Shown here: one piece after another, positions 1-15,337 of the stretch
Layout of the letters: every line of letters begins with the position of its first letter
Position numbering within the stretch: position 1 is the stretch's first letter
Assembly (NCBI GenBank): GCA_964016885.1
Contig: OZ024740.1
Coordinates: 201,190,001 to 201,254,000 of the forward strand
Source of the DNA: Eledone cirrhosa
Taxonomy: Eukaryota
Direction of reading: 5' to 3'
DNA length: 64,000 nt
Notes under the pieces: generated by a model
Database searches by the model: none
The model's input: only the letters and a program-made list of their open reading frames with translations
What the model was told of the DNA's origin: nothing
Translations under genes and position numbers: made by a program

Positions 1-74
1 TTGCCCTTGAAATATATATAATAAAATAATTATTGTTTTATAAATATAGTTTCCATTTATTAATATATTGTATA

Positions 75-241
<167 letters not shown>

Positions 242-579
242 CAGAATGGAAGCGGATCTAGCTGTTGAAACGGCCGGAGCTCAGCCGTCGTCGCAGTTCT
301 GAATTTTTCCTATACATATATATGTGTGTGTCTGTGTGTGTGTGAGTGTGTGTGTATGTGTGTGTATCTGTGTGTATGCCTGTGTGTGTGTCTGTGTGTG
401 TCTATGTGTGTATAGTGGACAAAGAGTCAAAAGAAACAAAAAATGAACAGATGACAGAGTACGGCAAAGTTAGAGTATAGTAATTTAACACACAAATACA
501 TACACTCACAAACACACATACACACACACGCGCAAAAACGCACACACACTCATATACACACACACACACACATGTATGT

Positions 580-692
<113 letters not shown>

Positions 693-1111
693 TATTAATA
701 TATATATTATATATTAATATATATATGATATATCAATCTCATGCAACCCATTCTCGATTGTTTTCATGCCTTGCTTTATCTGATTATACAAAAACCTATC
801 CCTTCTCGTCTGCAACCGTCATTAAGCAATGGAAAATCTGCATCCTTCTTATATTTGTCTTGTAGGTTTTAGATTTTTTTTTTTTTCTACTATCACGCTT
901 TCCAGTGAACAACTCATTTTATTTATCCATACCTTCTCCGCAGTAGGCATACATTTTTACTATTATATATTATATGTTCCAGTCGGGTTGCTGTATTCTA
1001 CTTGTGTTATTGCCTGCAGCAGATAACTCTGATCAAAGGAACCACCCAATTTACTTCGTTCTGTGTGTAGATTTACAAACACACACTACACGCGCACCAC
1101 ACGTGTATAAC

Positions 1112-1203
<92 letters not shown>

Positions 1204-1393
1204 TTAGTTAAGCAAAACAAGACCACAAATTTCACAAGGAAGACATTATTAAAAGATTATCAACATATTTTAGTTTGATGTAAGTAATGTAGAGAATAAT
1301 AATAATAATAATATTAATAATAATAATGTCCGTTTACAATTGTTTCGCTACTCCATATAATATTTCTGGTTCAAATGACTATATATCATTATT

Positions 1394-1580
1394 TAGGCGG
1401 TGGATTGGCAGTATCGGTAGAGGGTCGGACGCCATGCTTTCCAGCATAGTTATGTCCCTTTGCGATCTGAGTTCAAATCCCGCCGAGGTTGACTTTGCCT
1501 TTCATCCTTACGGGGTCGATAAAATAAAGTACCAGTAATGCACTGGGTAATGTTGGCCTTGTGCCTAAAGTAGAAACAAT
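1394..1580 (+). mobile_element. tRNA-derived SINE family 1, inserted in the PLE-A pLTR
   Basis: Head TGGCAGTATCGG (A-box-like), GAGTTCAAATCC (B-box), core GCCTTTCATCCTTACGGGGTCGATAAAATAAAGTACC, tail CCTTGTGCCTAAAGTAGAAACAATT; ATTATT on both sides; uninterrupted site at 3930-3950. Confidence 0.92.
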
Positions 1581-2024
1581 TATTTATCTGGTTCAGTTGA
1601 AAATAATTAACATAGGTAAAGATAGAGCAGCTCATCGGAACTTCAAAAGGAATATAAATTAAAATAAGGAAAGAAAGTTACATAAATGTAATGTTCCATA
1701 TATTGGTATTTTACTATGGTGTCCTGGGTATATCAATTGTCTGCCCTAGTCGAGCAGTATTCTTCTGTCGAGGCTGCATTCTGTGAGATCTCCCTATGGG
1801 TAACAAGATGGCCGCCAATGGACATATTTACCTTACAAATTAGAGGTTGATTTCAGGGGAAGTAACTCCTCGAGAGATTAGAAATTGCGGGTAGTTTATA
1901 GTTAAGTGCTAATTTTTTTATTTTTTTATTGAGAGACAATGTAAGAGAGGTAACTTATAATTATCTAAGTTAGTTATAGCTATTTAACTTATTAGCTACA
2001 AGTAAAAATGGGGCTAGATGACTA

Positions 2025-3085
2025 TGTTGGGTCAAATATTCTGTTGGCGAAGGAATTAGCCCTTCGATGTTGACAGCTAATAGTTACCTCCGTTCTATCG
2101 TTAATCGGTAGAGGTCGTGATAAAGTTATGTAATATGCTTCGGTAAGACAAAGGTCACAAGATTTTCTTCGTCCATTGAACGGTTGGGCCTAACCAAGAT
2201 ATCCCATGTTAGTGAGTGTTCAATGTTGGTTAATTTCAGGTTTTTAATGAGCCTAGCTAGAGATGTCGAACATCTGTTGTTAGGGTCTCGGAAGATTATT
2301 GAAGCGTAATAACTGTCAATGTCAAATTGGATGAACCTCATAGATTCCTTGGACCTTAGATCGGAGAACCAACTAATGACTTGGCCGATGTTGGAACACA
2401 ACTTGTAGGTGATATCATCTCGTAGCCCAGGGATGATCCTATCAAGGATGTTCTTACTGATACAACCCAAGTCGGATGTGGTTGGGCTTATAAGTCTAAT
2501 AGATGGGTTCTCTATAAAGTTTGGCTTATGATCCTTGAGAGAAAACCTTGGGGTTGTTGGTACATAAGGGTGGGTAAATCTATCCAGATGCAAGTCCTTA
2601 ACCAAAGCCTGGGCTTTTCGGTTAAGTAAGTTTACACTGGAGGGTATAGTTTTTTTATAGTTTTTATTAAGTTCCTTAAGAAGGAAAGAGTTGTAAGTTT
2701 CAGGAATCATGGTGTATAGATTTTTAGTTTTGTCATGCAAGAGGTGGCTATCTTTAAATTTTTTTATAGTTGTTGCTAATTTTGTGAGGAAATTATTCTT
2801 GTGTTTATAATGCTTTTTGAATTTAATCCTCCTGACGAAGTTAAATAGATCTTTCTCAAAAGGGTCCAGCAGGATGTTGTGTGGGGGGTTCTTGCAGGTG
2901 TTAAATCCATATCTGTTTGCTGTACTTCCGGCGTCAGCAGCACCCGCACGGTCGAAGTCGAAGGCTTTCCATCGTATTCTTCGGATGAAAGAGTTGACAC
3001 TCTGTATTAGGAGTTTGAGGTATGTCTTCCTGTCCGGGATAGGTATGGACTTAAGTGACATCCTGAGTTCCTGCTTGCTCAACAT
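2025..3085 (-). pseudogene. PLE-A RT N-terminal part fused to GIY-YIG C-terminus (RT core deleted, frameshifted)
   Basis: Homologous to the intact ORF 47213..49930 (SLKxIPIP, RFxLKDHKxxFxxNPSxRLI, FIQFDI); no YRDD segment. Confidence 0.88.
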
Positions 3086-3424
3086 GGTGACTTCTAACAG
3101 TAAATAGCTAAAACTATGGGATCTCAAGTATACACAGTTCAAGAGTAACCAATCTTAAAGAGAGAGATGGAGATAGGAGAGGATATAGGACAGGAGACAT
3201 TGGTGAATTAGTTAGAAGCCAAAGCGTAAAAGCATGTGCTCAATGTGTAATATGCAGTGGAAAGCAGCTAGGTGGTTGGGTTCATGCAGAGGTTAGGTGC
3301 ACAGAGCTGGAAATATTCATTAGTTAAGCAAAACAAGACCACAAATTTCAGAAGGAAGACATTATTAAAAGATTGTCAACATATTTTAGTTTGATGTAAG
3401 TAATGTAGAGAATAATAATAATAA

Positions 3425-3612
3425 TTGTTTCTAATTTAGGCACAAGTCCAGCAATTACCCAGTACATTACTGGTACTTTATTTTATCGACCCCGTAAGGA
3501 TTAAAGGCAAAGTTAACCTCGGCGGGATTTGAACTCAGACTGTAAAGGGACGTAACTATGCTAGAAAGCATGGCGTCCAACCCTCTACCGATACTGCCAA
3601 TTCACCGCCCTA
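3425..3612 (-). mobile_element. SINE family 1, 3' end abutting the (TAA)n tract of the PLE-A pLTR
   Basis: Reverse complement of the 1394-1580 copy. Confidence 0.92.
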
Positions 3613-3668
3613 GTTGTCTTCCTGTCCGAGATAGGTATAGAGAATAAGAATAAGAATATTAATAATAA

Positions 3669-3853
3669 TTGTTTCTACTTTAGGCACAAGGCCAGCTTTT
3701 ACCCAGTGCATTACTGGTATTTATTTTATCGACCCAGTAAGGATGAAAGGCAAAGTTAACCTCGGCGGGATTTTAACTCAGACCGCAAAGGGACGTAACT
3801 ATGCTGGAAAGAATGGCGTCCTACTCTCTACCGATATGCCAATCCACCGCCCC
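3669..3853 (-). mobile_element. SINE family 1, second adjacent copy
   Basis: Reverse complement of 1394-1580; tail abuts AATAATAAT. Confidence 0.92.
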
Positions 3854-3854
3854 T

Positions 3855-4615
3855 ATAATATTAATAATAATAATGTACGTTTACAATTTTTTCGCTACTC
3901 CATATAATATTTCTGGATCAAATGATTATATATCATTATTGATCTGGTTCAGTTGAAAATAATTAACATAGGTAAAGATAGAGCAGCTCATCGGAACTTT
4001 ACATAAATGTAATGTTCCATATATTGGTATTTCACTATGGTGTCCTAGGTATATCAATTGTCTGCCCTAGTCGAGCAGTATTCTTCTGTCGAGGCTGCAT
4101 TCTGTGAGATCTCCCTATGGGTAACAAGATGGCCGCCAATGGACATATTTACCTTACTAATTAGAGGGTGATTTCAGGGGAAGTAACTCCTCGAGAGATT
4201 AGAAATTGCGGGTAGTTTATAGTTAAGTGCTAATTTTTTTATTTTTTTATTGAGAGACAATGTAAGAGAGGTAACTTATAATTATCTAAGTTAGTTATAG
4301 CTATTTAACTTATTAGCTACAAGTAAAAATGGGGCTAGATGACTATGTTGGGTCAAATATTCTGTTGGCGAAGGAATTAGCCCTTCGATGTTGACAGCTA
4401 ATAGTTACCTCCGTTCTATCGTTAATCGGTAGAGGTCGTGATAAAGTTATGTAATATGCTTCGATAAGACAGAGGTCACAAGAATTTATTCGTCCATTGA
4501 ACAGTTGGGCCCTAACCAAGATATCTCATGTTAGTGAGTGATCAATGTTGGTTAATTTAAGGTTTTTAATGAGCCTAGCTAGAGATGTCGAACATCTGTT
4601 GTTAGGGTCTCGGAA
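3855..4615 (-). mobile_element. PLE-A 3' end (endonuclease C-terminus, 3'UTR, hammerhead region), inverted relative to 4616-6550
   Basis: Near-identical to 1310-2294 without the SINE; reverse complement of 5472-6270. Confidence 0.9.
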
Positions 4616-6671
<2,056 letters not shown>

Positions 6672-6691
6672 ATATATATATATATATATAT

Positions 6692-6767
<76 letters not shown>

Positions 6768-6825
6768 TGTATAGATATATATATGTATATATATGTATTA
6801 GAAAGGAGGGGTTTGGGGGGGAGGG

Positions 6826-7011
6826 GTTACAAAATGCAAAATAACCGAGGTGTCCTACACGAGTGAAAGTATAAAGAAAAAAAGATGAAATCGAAAATGC
6901 AACTGAAGTCTTATTTTTAAAAATATATATATTTATTTGGTTCCTTTACTGGTTTCGCAATTCTTCTGCTTTTCAAAAATAGAGTTGAGATGGAGGGTCT
7001 GTGGTTTTTCT

Positions 7012-7016
<5 letters not shown>
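6826..7016 (-). mobile_element. Fragment of the 19.5-20.3 kb palindrome family, with a decayed U3-A8 hammerhead (6943-6980)
   Basis: Matches 19504-19645 and the reverse complement of 20110-20305. Confidence 0.85.
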
Positions 7017-7102
<86 letters not shown>

Positions 7103-7109
7103 GTGTATA

Positions 7110-7145
<36 letters not shown>

Positions 7146-7420
7146 CATATATAGATATATACATATATATATATATACATATGTATATATATATGTATAT
7201 ATATATGTATGTGTGTGTGTGTGTAAATAAATATGTGTATGTGTAAATATATATTATATATATATACATACATACACAAGTTTATTTTTTTATTCAAGTT
7301 TTACAGCATGACATGATGTTTCAGCAAAGCCAGTTGATAGTTCACCAAGCTTCTGGTGTATTTTGTTCTGTGTATAGATTTACAAACACACACTTCACGC
7401 AGACTACACGTGTATAACTG

Positions 7421-7520
<100 letters not shown>

Positions 7521-7542
7521 TATACATATACATATACAAGAG

Positions 7543-8471
7543 AGATATATTTTAATTTTAATTATATCTCATATAAAATAATACAACTGGCTTTCCACAA
7601 AATACATATAGTTAGCACCCCAAACACTAAATTGGGATTATACTAACGTATATCCTAATGTTTGTTGAGTGAGATGGTAGCCAGTCAGAGTTTAGCTTAA
7701 AGCGTTCTCTGTTATTGTATTAAATATTTTACTCTTGATTTGGCCAGAGAATTATATTTCCAGATACCTTTTAAACGTAACTCTCCGTATTTATTACTGT
7801 TATGAGATATTGTTTGTTATTTAGGTATCACTTCTCTGTTTTTAGCCTAAGAAAATATCTATATGCGTGTGTAATTAATACATGCTTACATTTATTTTTT
7901 TTAAATTAATTGAGTTCTTAACACGCAGGATTAAAATTGTTTTTTAAAAAACTAATTAACCCACGTGTATATTATTTTACTTTCTTGTGTTCCGCGATTG
8001 CCTCCCTTTTCCGATTCGTGACGCTGTGAAATTCCTCAGTCTAAAGACTGCTGGAATTTCAAATTTGGCGGTCATTATGATGCGTGAAGGGACGACTTAG
8101 CTGACACGAAAAATAACTGCAGTAAGAAATTTTTTCTTATATCAAAGTTTGATGGGCATCCACTGATGATTTATAAGTGCCCACCTGCATGTGTTCTTAC
8201 AGAAAAATATGTAGACTTCTACATAAACCGGAAACATTCTCCCAACTTGTATAAAACTTATAATGAAACAATTGTTTGGAAAGATAAGATATATTTTAAT
8301 TTTAATTATATCTCATATAAAATAATACAACTGGCTTTCCACAAAATACATATAGTTAGCACCCCAAACACTAAATTGGGATTATACTAACGTATATCCT
8401 AATGTTTGTTGAGTGAGATGGTAGCCAGTCAGAGTTTAGCTTAAAGCTTTCTCTGTTATTGTATTAAATAT
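7543..8471. repeat. Non-coding unit bounded by 185-bp direct repeats (7543-7727, 8287-8471)
   Basis: Repeats differ at one base by eye; flanked by (TA)n. Confidence 0.9.
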
Positions 8472-8962
8472 ATATATATGTGTATTTCCACATTCACTCG
8501 AATTGTTTTCGCGGATATAGGGGTCATCTCCCTTGTCTAATGCCATGTGCGTTTTTCACCGCTAGTTGACTCCTCTGCCGCCAGGAAAAAACTCGTTGAT
8601 AACGTAAACTCCGTTCCACTTACTCTAGTAGGCTTTTATATTTATATGTGAGCTGATAGAGTACAGTCTAAGGATTTACAGAAACCCATGAAGCTAGATT
8701 TAACACCTTTCTAGTGGGTCCGGGTATGATTTTACATTCATTTAAATTATTGACGTATTGTTTTATTGATATTTTTTATCTGTTTGGCCCGAATCTTCCT
8801 TTATCGATTTTAAATCGTATGGTTGATTGTAGACTTGTTCTATATGTGACGGTATTTTAACGATAGTTATAGCTCTGATTCATCTGAATTATTGAGCCCT
8901 CTGCCGCTCATATCGAATTTCGTTTATCGTGAACTCGTGCGCCGATTTTTCGATACTCGATC

Positions 8963-8993
<31 letters not shown>

Positions 8994-9097
8994 GAGATTT
9001 TGAGTTTATGTTGGTTGTATACCAACACCTCAGTATGCAGGCTGGAGCACTCGACGAAGTGCGCAGGTTGGTTTGGTTACTCCGGAGTAGTGTAAAA

Positions 9098-9523
9098 TAA
9101 AGTTAAATAAAAGTCAAATGATTAAAATTTAGCTTCGTTTATTACTGCTATATATATTTCAGTGACAGCCATCTTTGGCTGTGACCTCTTCAGGCAGTTT
9201 GAATTAGTATGGTATAGACAAGTACATATGTTGTTTAGGTGTATGATATTGTCAATACTCTGATATGCCCAGTTCCTTGTTGGGTTGTAATTCACTGGGG
9301 AACTGGAGTCATATCCAGTTCCCCAGTGAATTAACAACCCAACAAGGAACTGGGCATATCAGAGTATTGACAATATCATACACCTAAACAACATATGTAC
9401 TTGTCTATACCATACTAATTCAAACTGCCTGAAGAGGTCACAGCCAAAGATGGCTGTCACTGAAATATATATAGCAGTAATAAACGAAGCTAAATTTTAA
9501 TCATTTGACTTTTATTTAACTTT

Positions 9524-9524
<1 letters not shown>
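9098..9524. repeat. Near-perfect palindrome with about 210-bp arms and a 6-nt centre (GTCATA, 9308-9313); a hammerhead in each arm
   Basis: Arms are reverse complements with one indel. Confidence 0.97.
9424..9478 (+). ncRNA. Type I hammerhead ribozyme (mirror copy 9144-9198 on -)
   Basis: Stem I ACTGC/GCAGT; core CTGAAGA and GAAA; stem II GGT-C-ACAGCCA/TGGCTGT-C-ACT; palindromic stem III ATATATAT; AUA cleavage triplet; AATAAA at 9479-9484. Confidence 0.88.
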
Positions 9525-9580
<56 letters not shown>

Positions 9581-9618
9581 TTGCCAGAGTTTTTATATGA
9601 AATCGTGTGACGAAACAA

Positions 9619-9919
9619 ATATTGTTATACTTGGGGATAGTTGTATTTGTGTAATAATATTGCCAGAATTAATAACAGAACACACTCACTGTTTGGTTGG
9701 TTTTCGCTTCTGTGTCTTTTATATCGGTTAATTTAATTTATTCGGTCCTCAATGTTGCCATTGACTGACAAACGGTCAAAAATACAGATACAATATAGAC
9801 ACAAACACATATATATAGTCTATCAAAGTTCTTTCGTTGCACATCTGGAACATCGTTAGTGGTGCTATTATGTTTCCTCCCGTTACATTGTATGCTTACG
9901 CCATCTTTATTTGGTCTGT

Positions 9920-9970
<51 letters not shown>

Positions 9971-10181
9971 TTTGATAGACTATATATATATGTATCTGTG
10001 TCTATATTGTATCTGTATTTTTGACCGTTTGTCAGTCAATGGCAACATTGAGGACCGAATAAATTAAATTAACCGATATAAAAGACACAGAAGCGAAAAC
10101 CAACCAAACAGGGAGTGTGTTCTGTTATTAATTCTGGCAATATTATTACACAAATATGACCCTCCCCAAGTATAACAATAT
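9619..10181. repeat. Inverted repeat (9619-9827 / 9971-10181) derived from the pLTR of PLE family C; decayed hammerhead at about 9820-9864 (-)
   Basis: Arms are reverse complements; homologous to 20790-21120, which follows a GIY-YIG C-terminus. Confidence 0.9.
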
Positions 10182-10889
10182 ATATATATATATATATATA
10201 CATACATATACAAGTTTATTTATTTATTCAAGTTTTACAACATGACATAATGCTTCAGCAAAGCCAGTTGATAGTTCTCTAAGCTTCTGGTGGTTGTGAT
10301 CATGACCATCATCATCATTATCATCACAATTGCGCCTTAGAAGGTATCAAAACCACTAATATTTGACTTTGAAAAATTGAAAACCGCGCGTTTAGCCAAA
10401 CTATAGACTATACAGACCTGCATCTAAATGTATAATCTAAACCATTATAAATATTCCACTGTGGGAGATATATTTTAGTCTTTCACAAACGACATAAAAA
10501 CTTTTATATTCATGTTTTCTTTATTACGTAGTGTCAAATTTATCGAGGTTACAGTAAAATTGTGCAATGACCAGGTTATGAAATAGTGCCAAATTTACTT
10601 GTTGTTGTAGAATTGTACCAGTGACCAGGTTGAAGAGAGTGTGACGAAAATTTTGTTAACAAGAAATATATGAAAAGTTCATATAACATTTTTTTTTCTT
10701 TCTAATTACTTTTCTAAAAATGTCTAAAATGACTCTTCCGCAATTTAATTGCTTTATTTGCATAATACGATCGCAGCAAAACTCACTTTACAAACAAAGC
10801 TCCGAAATAATAAAGCGTACTGAAAGAATATTTCGAATTATTAGCATCTCCATGGCGTGTTGTATGTCTCAATAATAAATCCACAATAG

Positions 10890-11252
10890 ACACAGCATGG
10901 CCAAATGGATAAGAAGTTCGCTTCACAAATATTTGGTCCAGGGTTCAATCCCACTGCTTGGCATCTTGGGCATGTCATTTACCATAGCCTCGGATCGAAC
11001 GAAGTCTTGTGAGCGAAATTTGGAAGATGGAAACTGTTGGGAAGCCTGTCGGACGGACTGTACATCTAAATCAAATGACCAGGCGTGATATTCAAAGAGT
11101 CAAATAATGTGTCACACTAAATCTCACGAGAACCACGTCAAGGGCGCATGTGACTGTGGGATCTTCAGTGACATGCACGTTAATTTCATAAGCTGGCTGT
11201 TCCTTTGATCAAACAACTGGAACACACATCGTCGAAAACGAGGGATGTCCAT
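10890..11252 (+). mobile_element. tRNA-derived SINE family 2 (diverged)
   Basis: TGGCCAAATGG A-box, GGTTCAATCC B-box; tail similar to 50900-51050 and the reverse complement of 62855-63000. Confidence 0.8.
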
Positions 11253-11699
11253 TCCAATAAATCCACAGAAACAATATCAAAGAAGTCTAGTTGAATTATA
11301 CAAAGGAAAAAATACCATTTAATTATTGCACATTCTAAACATAACTGGGCTAAAAGCAAAACAATCCTTATCTTTCACATCTATTGAAGACGGGAAAATC
11401 TCTACCAATAAAGTATTAGGGACCGGCGCGATACTTAGAATAGGTGTAGCATAGTTACTTTACCTTTGAATTTAATTGGCATGGCATAAATTCTTACATC
11501 TTGACACTGGTGGAGAGAAGGCAGTGGAATTGTCTTAGACTCAACCTCCGTCGGATTCAGCGATGAATAATAGAAACGATCGAAAAGATTCCAAACCTCA
11601 TTTGCTTACCAAGTGGGGTGAAACTCGTCAAATAGAACAAAGGAAAAAATGTTTCTATTGGTCTTTGCATTGCTGATACTCTCTACCGGTTGAAACTTC

Positions 11700-12180
11700 T
11701 GGCAGAAAGAACGACGTGAAATAAAGTGTCTTGCTCTAGTACATAAGGCATCGCTCAGTCCGAGAATCGAACTCACAACCTCACGATTGCGAATCCAGTT
11801 CTCTAACCACTAAGCCATGCACCTTCAGCGATAAGTATTCCAGTTGTTCGTTTAATGGAACAGCCTGCTTTAGAAATTAACGTGTAAGTGGCTGAGTATT
11901 TCACAGGCATTGGTGGATTGGCAGTATCGGTAGAGGGTCGGGCGCCATGCTTTGACGCATAGAGTTACGGCCCTTGCCATTCTGAGTTCAAATCCCGTCG
12001 AGGTTAACTTTGCCTTTTATCCTTACGGGGTCGATAAAATAAAGTACCAGTAATGCACTGGGTAATTGCTAGCCTTGTGCCAAAAGTAGAAACAATTATA
12101 CCTATAGTCTAATTCTTAGTCAGATCCAGCGTGACACTGTGTTGTGTGACACGGTTAAACCTATGAATTTCAAGTACTAG
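11700..12180 (-). mobile_element. SINE family 2 pieces: head 11700-11827, and a tail piece 11835-12180 split by a SINE1
   Basis: Minus-strand TGGCTTAGTGG...GAGTTCGATTC; GAAATTAACGTGTAAGTGGCTGAG shared with 62920-62950. Confidence 0.75.
11911..12098 (+). mobile_element. SINE family 1
   Basis: Same head, core and tail as 1394-1580. Confidence 0.92.
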
Positions 12181-12609
12181 GATATGTTTCCACACGCTGA
12201 CGCGTATGTGTATATGTGTGTGCGTGTGTGTGCGTATGCATACATTTATATGTATGAGTATAGGTATAAACTTACAAACTCAGACACACTTACAAAAATA
12301 CACACTCAGACATACATTCACACAAACGCACACATACATTCACACACACGCATACACAGCATAACAAATGGAACGTCAGCCGCTATTTTGCTAGAAAATT
12401 TTCACCGCCCCCTGCCTTCCTTTTATACACACATGCATTCACGCAGGCAGCAGACGTAAAGAGAGAGTAGTATGTGGTAGTCAAACTACTACTCTCTTTT
12501 TATGTGTTGTGGCAGAATCACAGAAATTTATATAAAGATAGGCCATCCGATGAGCTTCCAATCAAATTTCCATCTACCCTATTTCACCCACAAAACATGG
12601 ATCAATCCG

Positions 12610-15170
12610 AACCAACGGAGATTGACAACTCACAGTTGCAGCAGAAATACTAAAATATAAGTCAACAGCACATAAACGACAAGTGCTAAATAGATTATTT
12701 GCCAGAGATCCTAAATCAGTTTATCGCAGCTTCAATGGGAAAAGCTCAATCTCTGTAAATGACACGCCTACAAAAGAACAGGTTGAGAGCTACTGGGGAT
12801 CTGTAAGGGAAACGAATGACGGATTTAGCAAACAAACTAAATGGCTAAAAGAACTGGAACACGACTACTGCCAACATGTCCAGACAAAACAATATAACAT
12901 AAATAGGTCAATAATGGAAACAGCTCTACAGAAAATGTCGAATAGGAAATCACCAGGCCCAGACCTCATAACAGGATACTGGCTGAAGAAATTCACCTTC
13001 TATCGGCAAGATCTCATATGGCTGTTCAGAGAAACCATCAAAGGCACACAATGGTTATCAACTGTCACTACTCTCCTCATCCCCCCAAATAGCCAGACCT
13101 TGCTAAAAATTACCGCCCAATAGCTTGCCAGAACATCCTGTACAAATTATACACTGGGTGCCTTAACCTGTTCTTACAGGATCATTGTGCCACCAATAAA
13201 ATTATAACACCTGAGCAAGCTGGTGGAAAGAGGGAGGTGTGGGGTTGCATAGATCAACAAATAAAATGATACAGGAAAACATAGCAAAGAATCGCAGGAA
13301 TATGACTGTGGTGTGGCTGGACTATCAGAAGGCTTTTGATAGTGTACCTCATGGATGGATTATTAAGGCTTTATATTTAGCCAAAGTCCCACAACCACTA
13401 GTAGCTGCTGTTGAACATCTGACCAAGAACTGGTACACTAATTTGATACTTAGGGTTGAGAAGGAGCAAATTAAGATTGATACAATACACTACCAGAAAG
13501 GCATCTTTCAGGGTGATAGCTTATCAGTACTGCTCTCCGTCCTCTCACTAAACCCACTATCATACCTCCTCACAAAACAAAGTGGTCATGGAAGCGGGTC
13601 CAGAAGTATCTCCCATCTTTTCTTTGTTGATGATCTGAAGTTTTATGGGCTAAATATCAACTACATAAAGAAAATTAGACCTCATTACACAATTTTCTGC
13701 AAATATCAGAATGAAATTTGGTGAGTCCAAGTGTGCATATTTGGCAGTAAAACGTGGAAGAGCTGTGTCCTCCTCTAGAAATCTAGAGATTAACAGCCTG
13801 TCAATACAACCTCTACAGTCAGGTGACAACTACAGCTATCTTGGACAGGATGAGAATGTCAAATATGATGGACCCATAAATAAGGAGAGAACCAGAACTG
13901 AATACCTCAGAAGAGTAAAGAAAATGTGACCATCAGAACTGTCAGCGTACAACAAATACATTGCCCACAATACTTATGCTGTACCAATTCTAACGCCAAC
14001 ATTTGGTCTGCTGAACTGGTCATTGCAAGAACTAAGTAAAATGGATGTAAGAACTCGCAAGCTTCTCAGTGTTACTGAAAACTTTAACATCAATGGTGAT
14101 GTGACTAGGCTATACTTCTCCCGCAAGGAAGGTGACTGGGGTCTAAAATCCATATCAACAGCATATGAGACCTGGATAGTAACACTGAAGCAACATCTTC
14201 AGCAGAAGAAAAAGGTCAGCAACCATCTTGCCCAGGTCTATGATCATGAAGGAAATAATATCATTAGTATAGCCACTGATCTGGAGGGGAGATATGGAAT
14301 AAAGCCTGATATAGATCTCTCTCCCAGGGAAATTGGAAGATCCTACTCAATGTTCGAACAGGATAAAAGAATGGACCAATTTACAGAGAAAGTTGTGCAT
14401 GGGTACCTGAGACGAAAAGCACAGACCACAGAGGGGATAAATCATCCAAAAAGCCTGACATGTAGTTCCGACAAGTTTATGACATTCCACCTTGAAGGAC
14501 ATCTCTATGCAATACAGGAACAAGAAATCCCCACCAAATATCTGCTGCACAAAAGAGGACCATCAGTCGACAATAAATGTAGGCTATGTAAAACAAAGAT
14601 CGAAGATGTTAGCCACATTGTTGCCAACTGTGAAAGAATATCGTCTCGCTACTACCTCCCTATGAGACACGATGTGATAGCTAGAACAATCTGCTGTGCA
14701 CTTAGGAAAACAAAATTAAAAACAAATGAGGAGGAATATGTTGAGAAAGATGGCACTAAAAAATACTGGTGGAACCTGAAAATAAAAGCTGCCACCAAAT
14801 TAAAACACAACTGGCCTGATATTGTTGTTTGGGACCACACACTACAAACGTGCTCTATTGTAGAGATCAGCTTCCCACTTGATGTAAACGTTGTCAGAAA
14901 AATACAGGAGGAGGACATCTACGGACCATTGATGAGGAATTTGCAGATCCAGTATCCAAGATACACTTTCAGCTTCATACCCATTATTATTGGAGCTACA
15001 GGTTATATACCAACCCACTTGGACCAAAGTATGACTGAACTTGGATTTGTAGACAAAGAGCGCAGCTCCCTAATTCATAGGGTACAAATGGCTGCGATAG
15101 CTGGGACCTTCAAAATTTGCAAAACATTCTTGCGATTCAAGGGATGGCAATTTCCTTTCTTTTACAACCT
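12610..15170 (+). pseudogene. 5'-truncated, decayed R4/Dong-like non-LTR retrotransposon (RT + CCHC + restriction-like endonuclease)
   Basis: KSPGPD, WLDYQKAFDSVPH, GIFQGDSLS, FVDDLK, CRLC..HI..C, RHD, PDIVV..IVEIS; several frameshifts and stops. Confidence 0.92.
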
Positions 15171-15267
15171 TGCCACCAGGAAGGTGGCCGGTCAAAAATG
15201 TACTTGAATTAAGAGAAAGAGAAACATACATACATACATACATACATACATACATACATAGATAGAT

Positions 15268-15337
<70 letters not shown>

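Larger units (their letters stand above)
1200..3423 (-). mobile_element. Penelope-like element family A, internally deleted copy with upstream partial pLTR (about 3130-3423) and downstream 3'UTR/pLTR (1200-2030)
   Basis: ORF N-terminus MLSKQELRMSLKSIPIP...RRIRWKAF...QFDIDSYY is joined at about 2295 directly to the endonuclease segment FRDPNNRCSTSL; 1200-1300 recurs at 3315-3420 and in reverse complement at 6270-6378. Confidence 0.9.

Noticed and set aside
7290-7358. Minus-strand GAAACATCATGTC followed by AATAAA (similar copy at 10225-10290)
   Set aside because: Only a 3' half-core in short fragments; cannot be called
8592-8695. TTGATAA...GAAAC possible long-loop hammerhead
   Set aside because: Partial stem II only; no NUH triplet or stem I
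10040-10058. GGCAACATTGAGGACCG resembling part of the HDV ribozyme
   Set aside because: No P1/P3/P1.1 nested pseudoknot can be built
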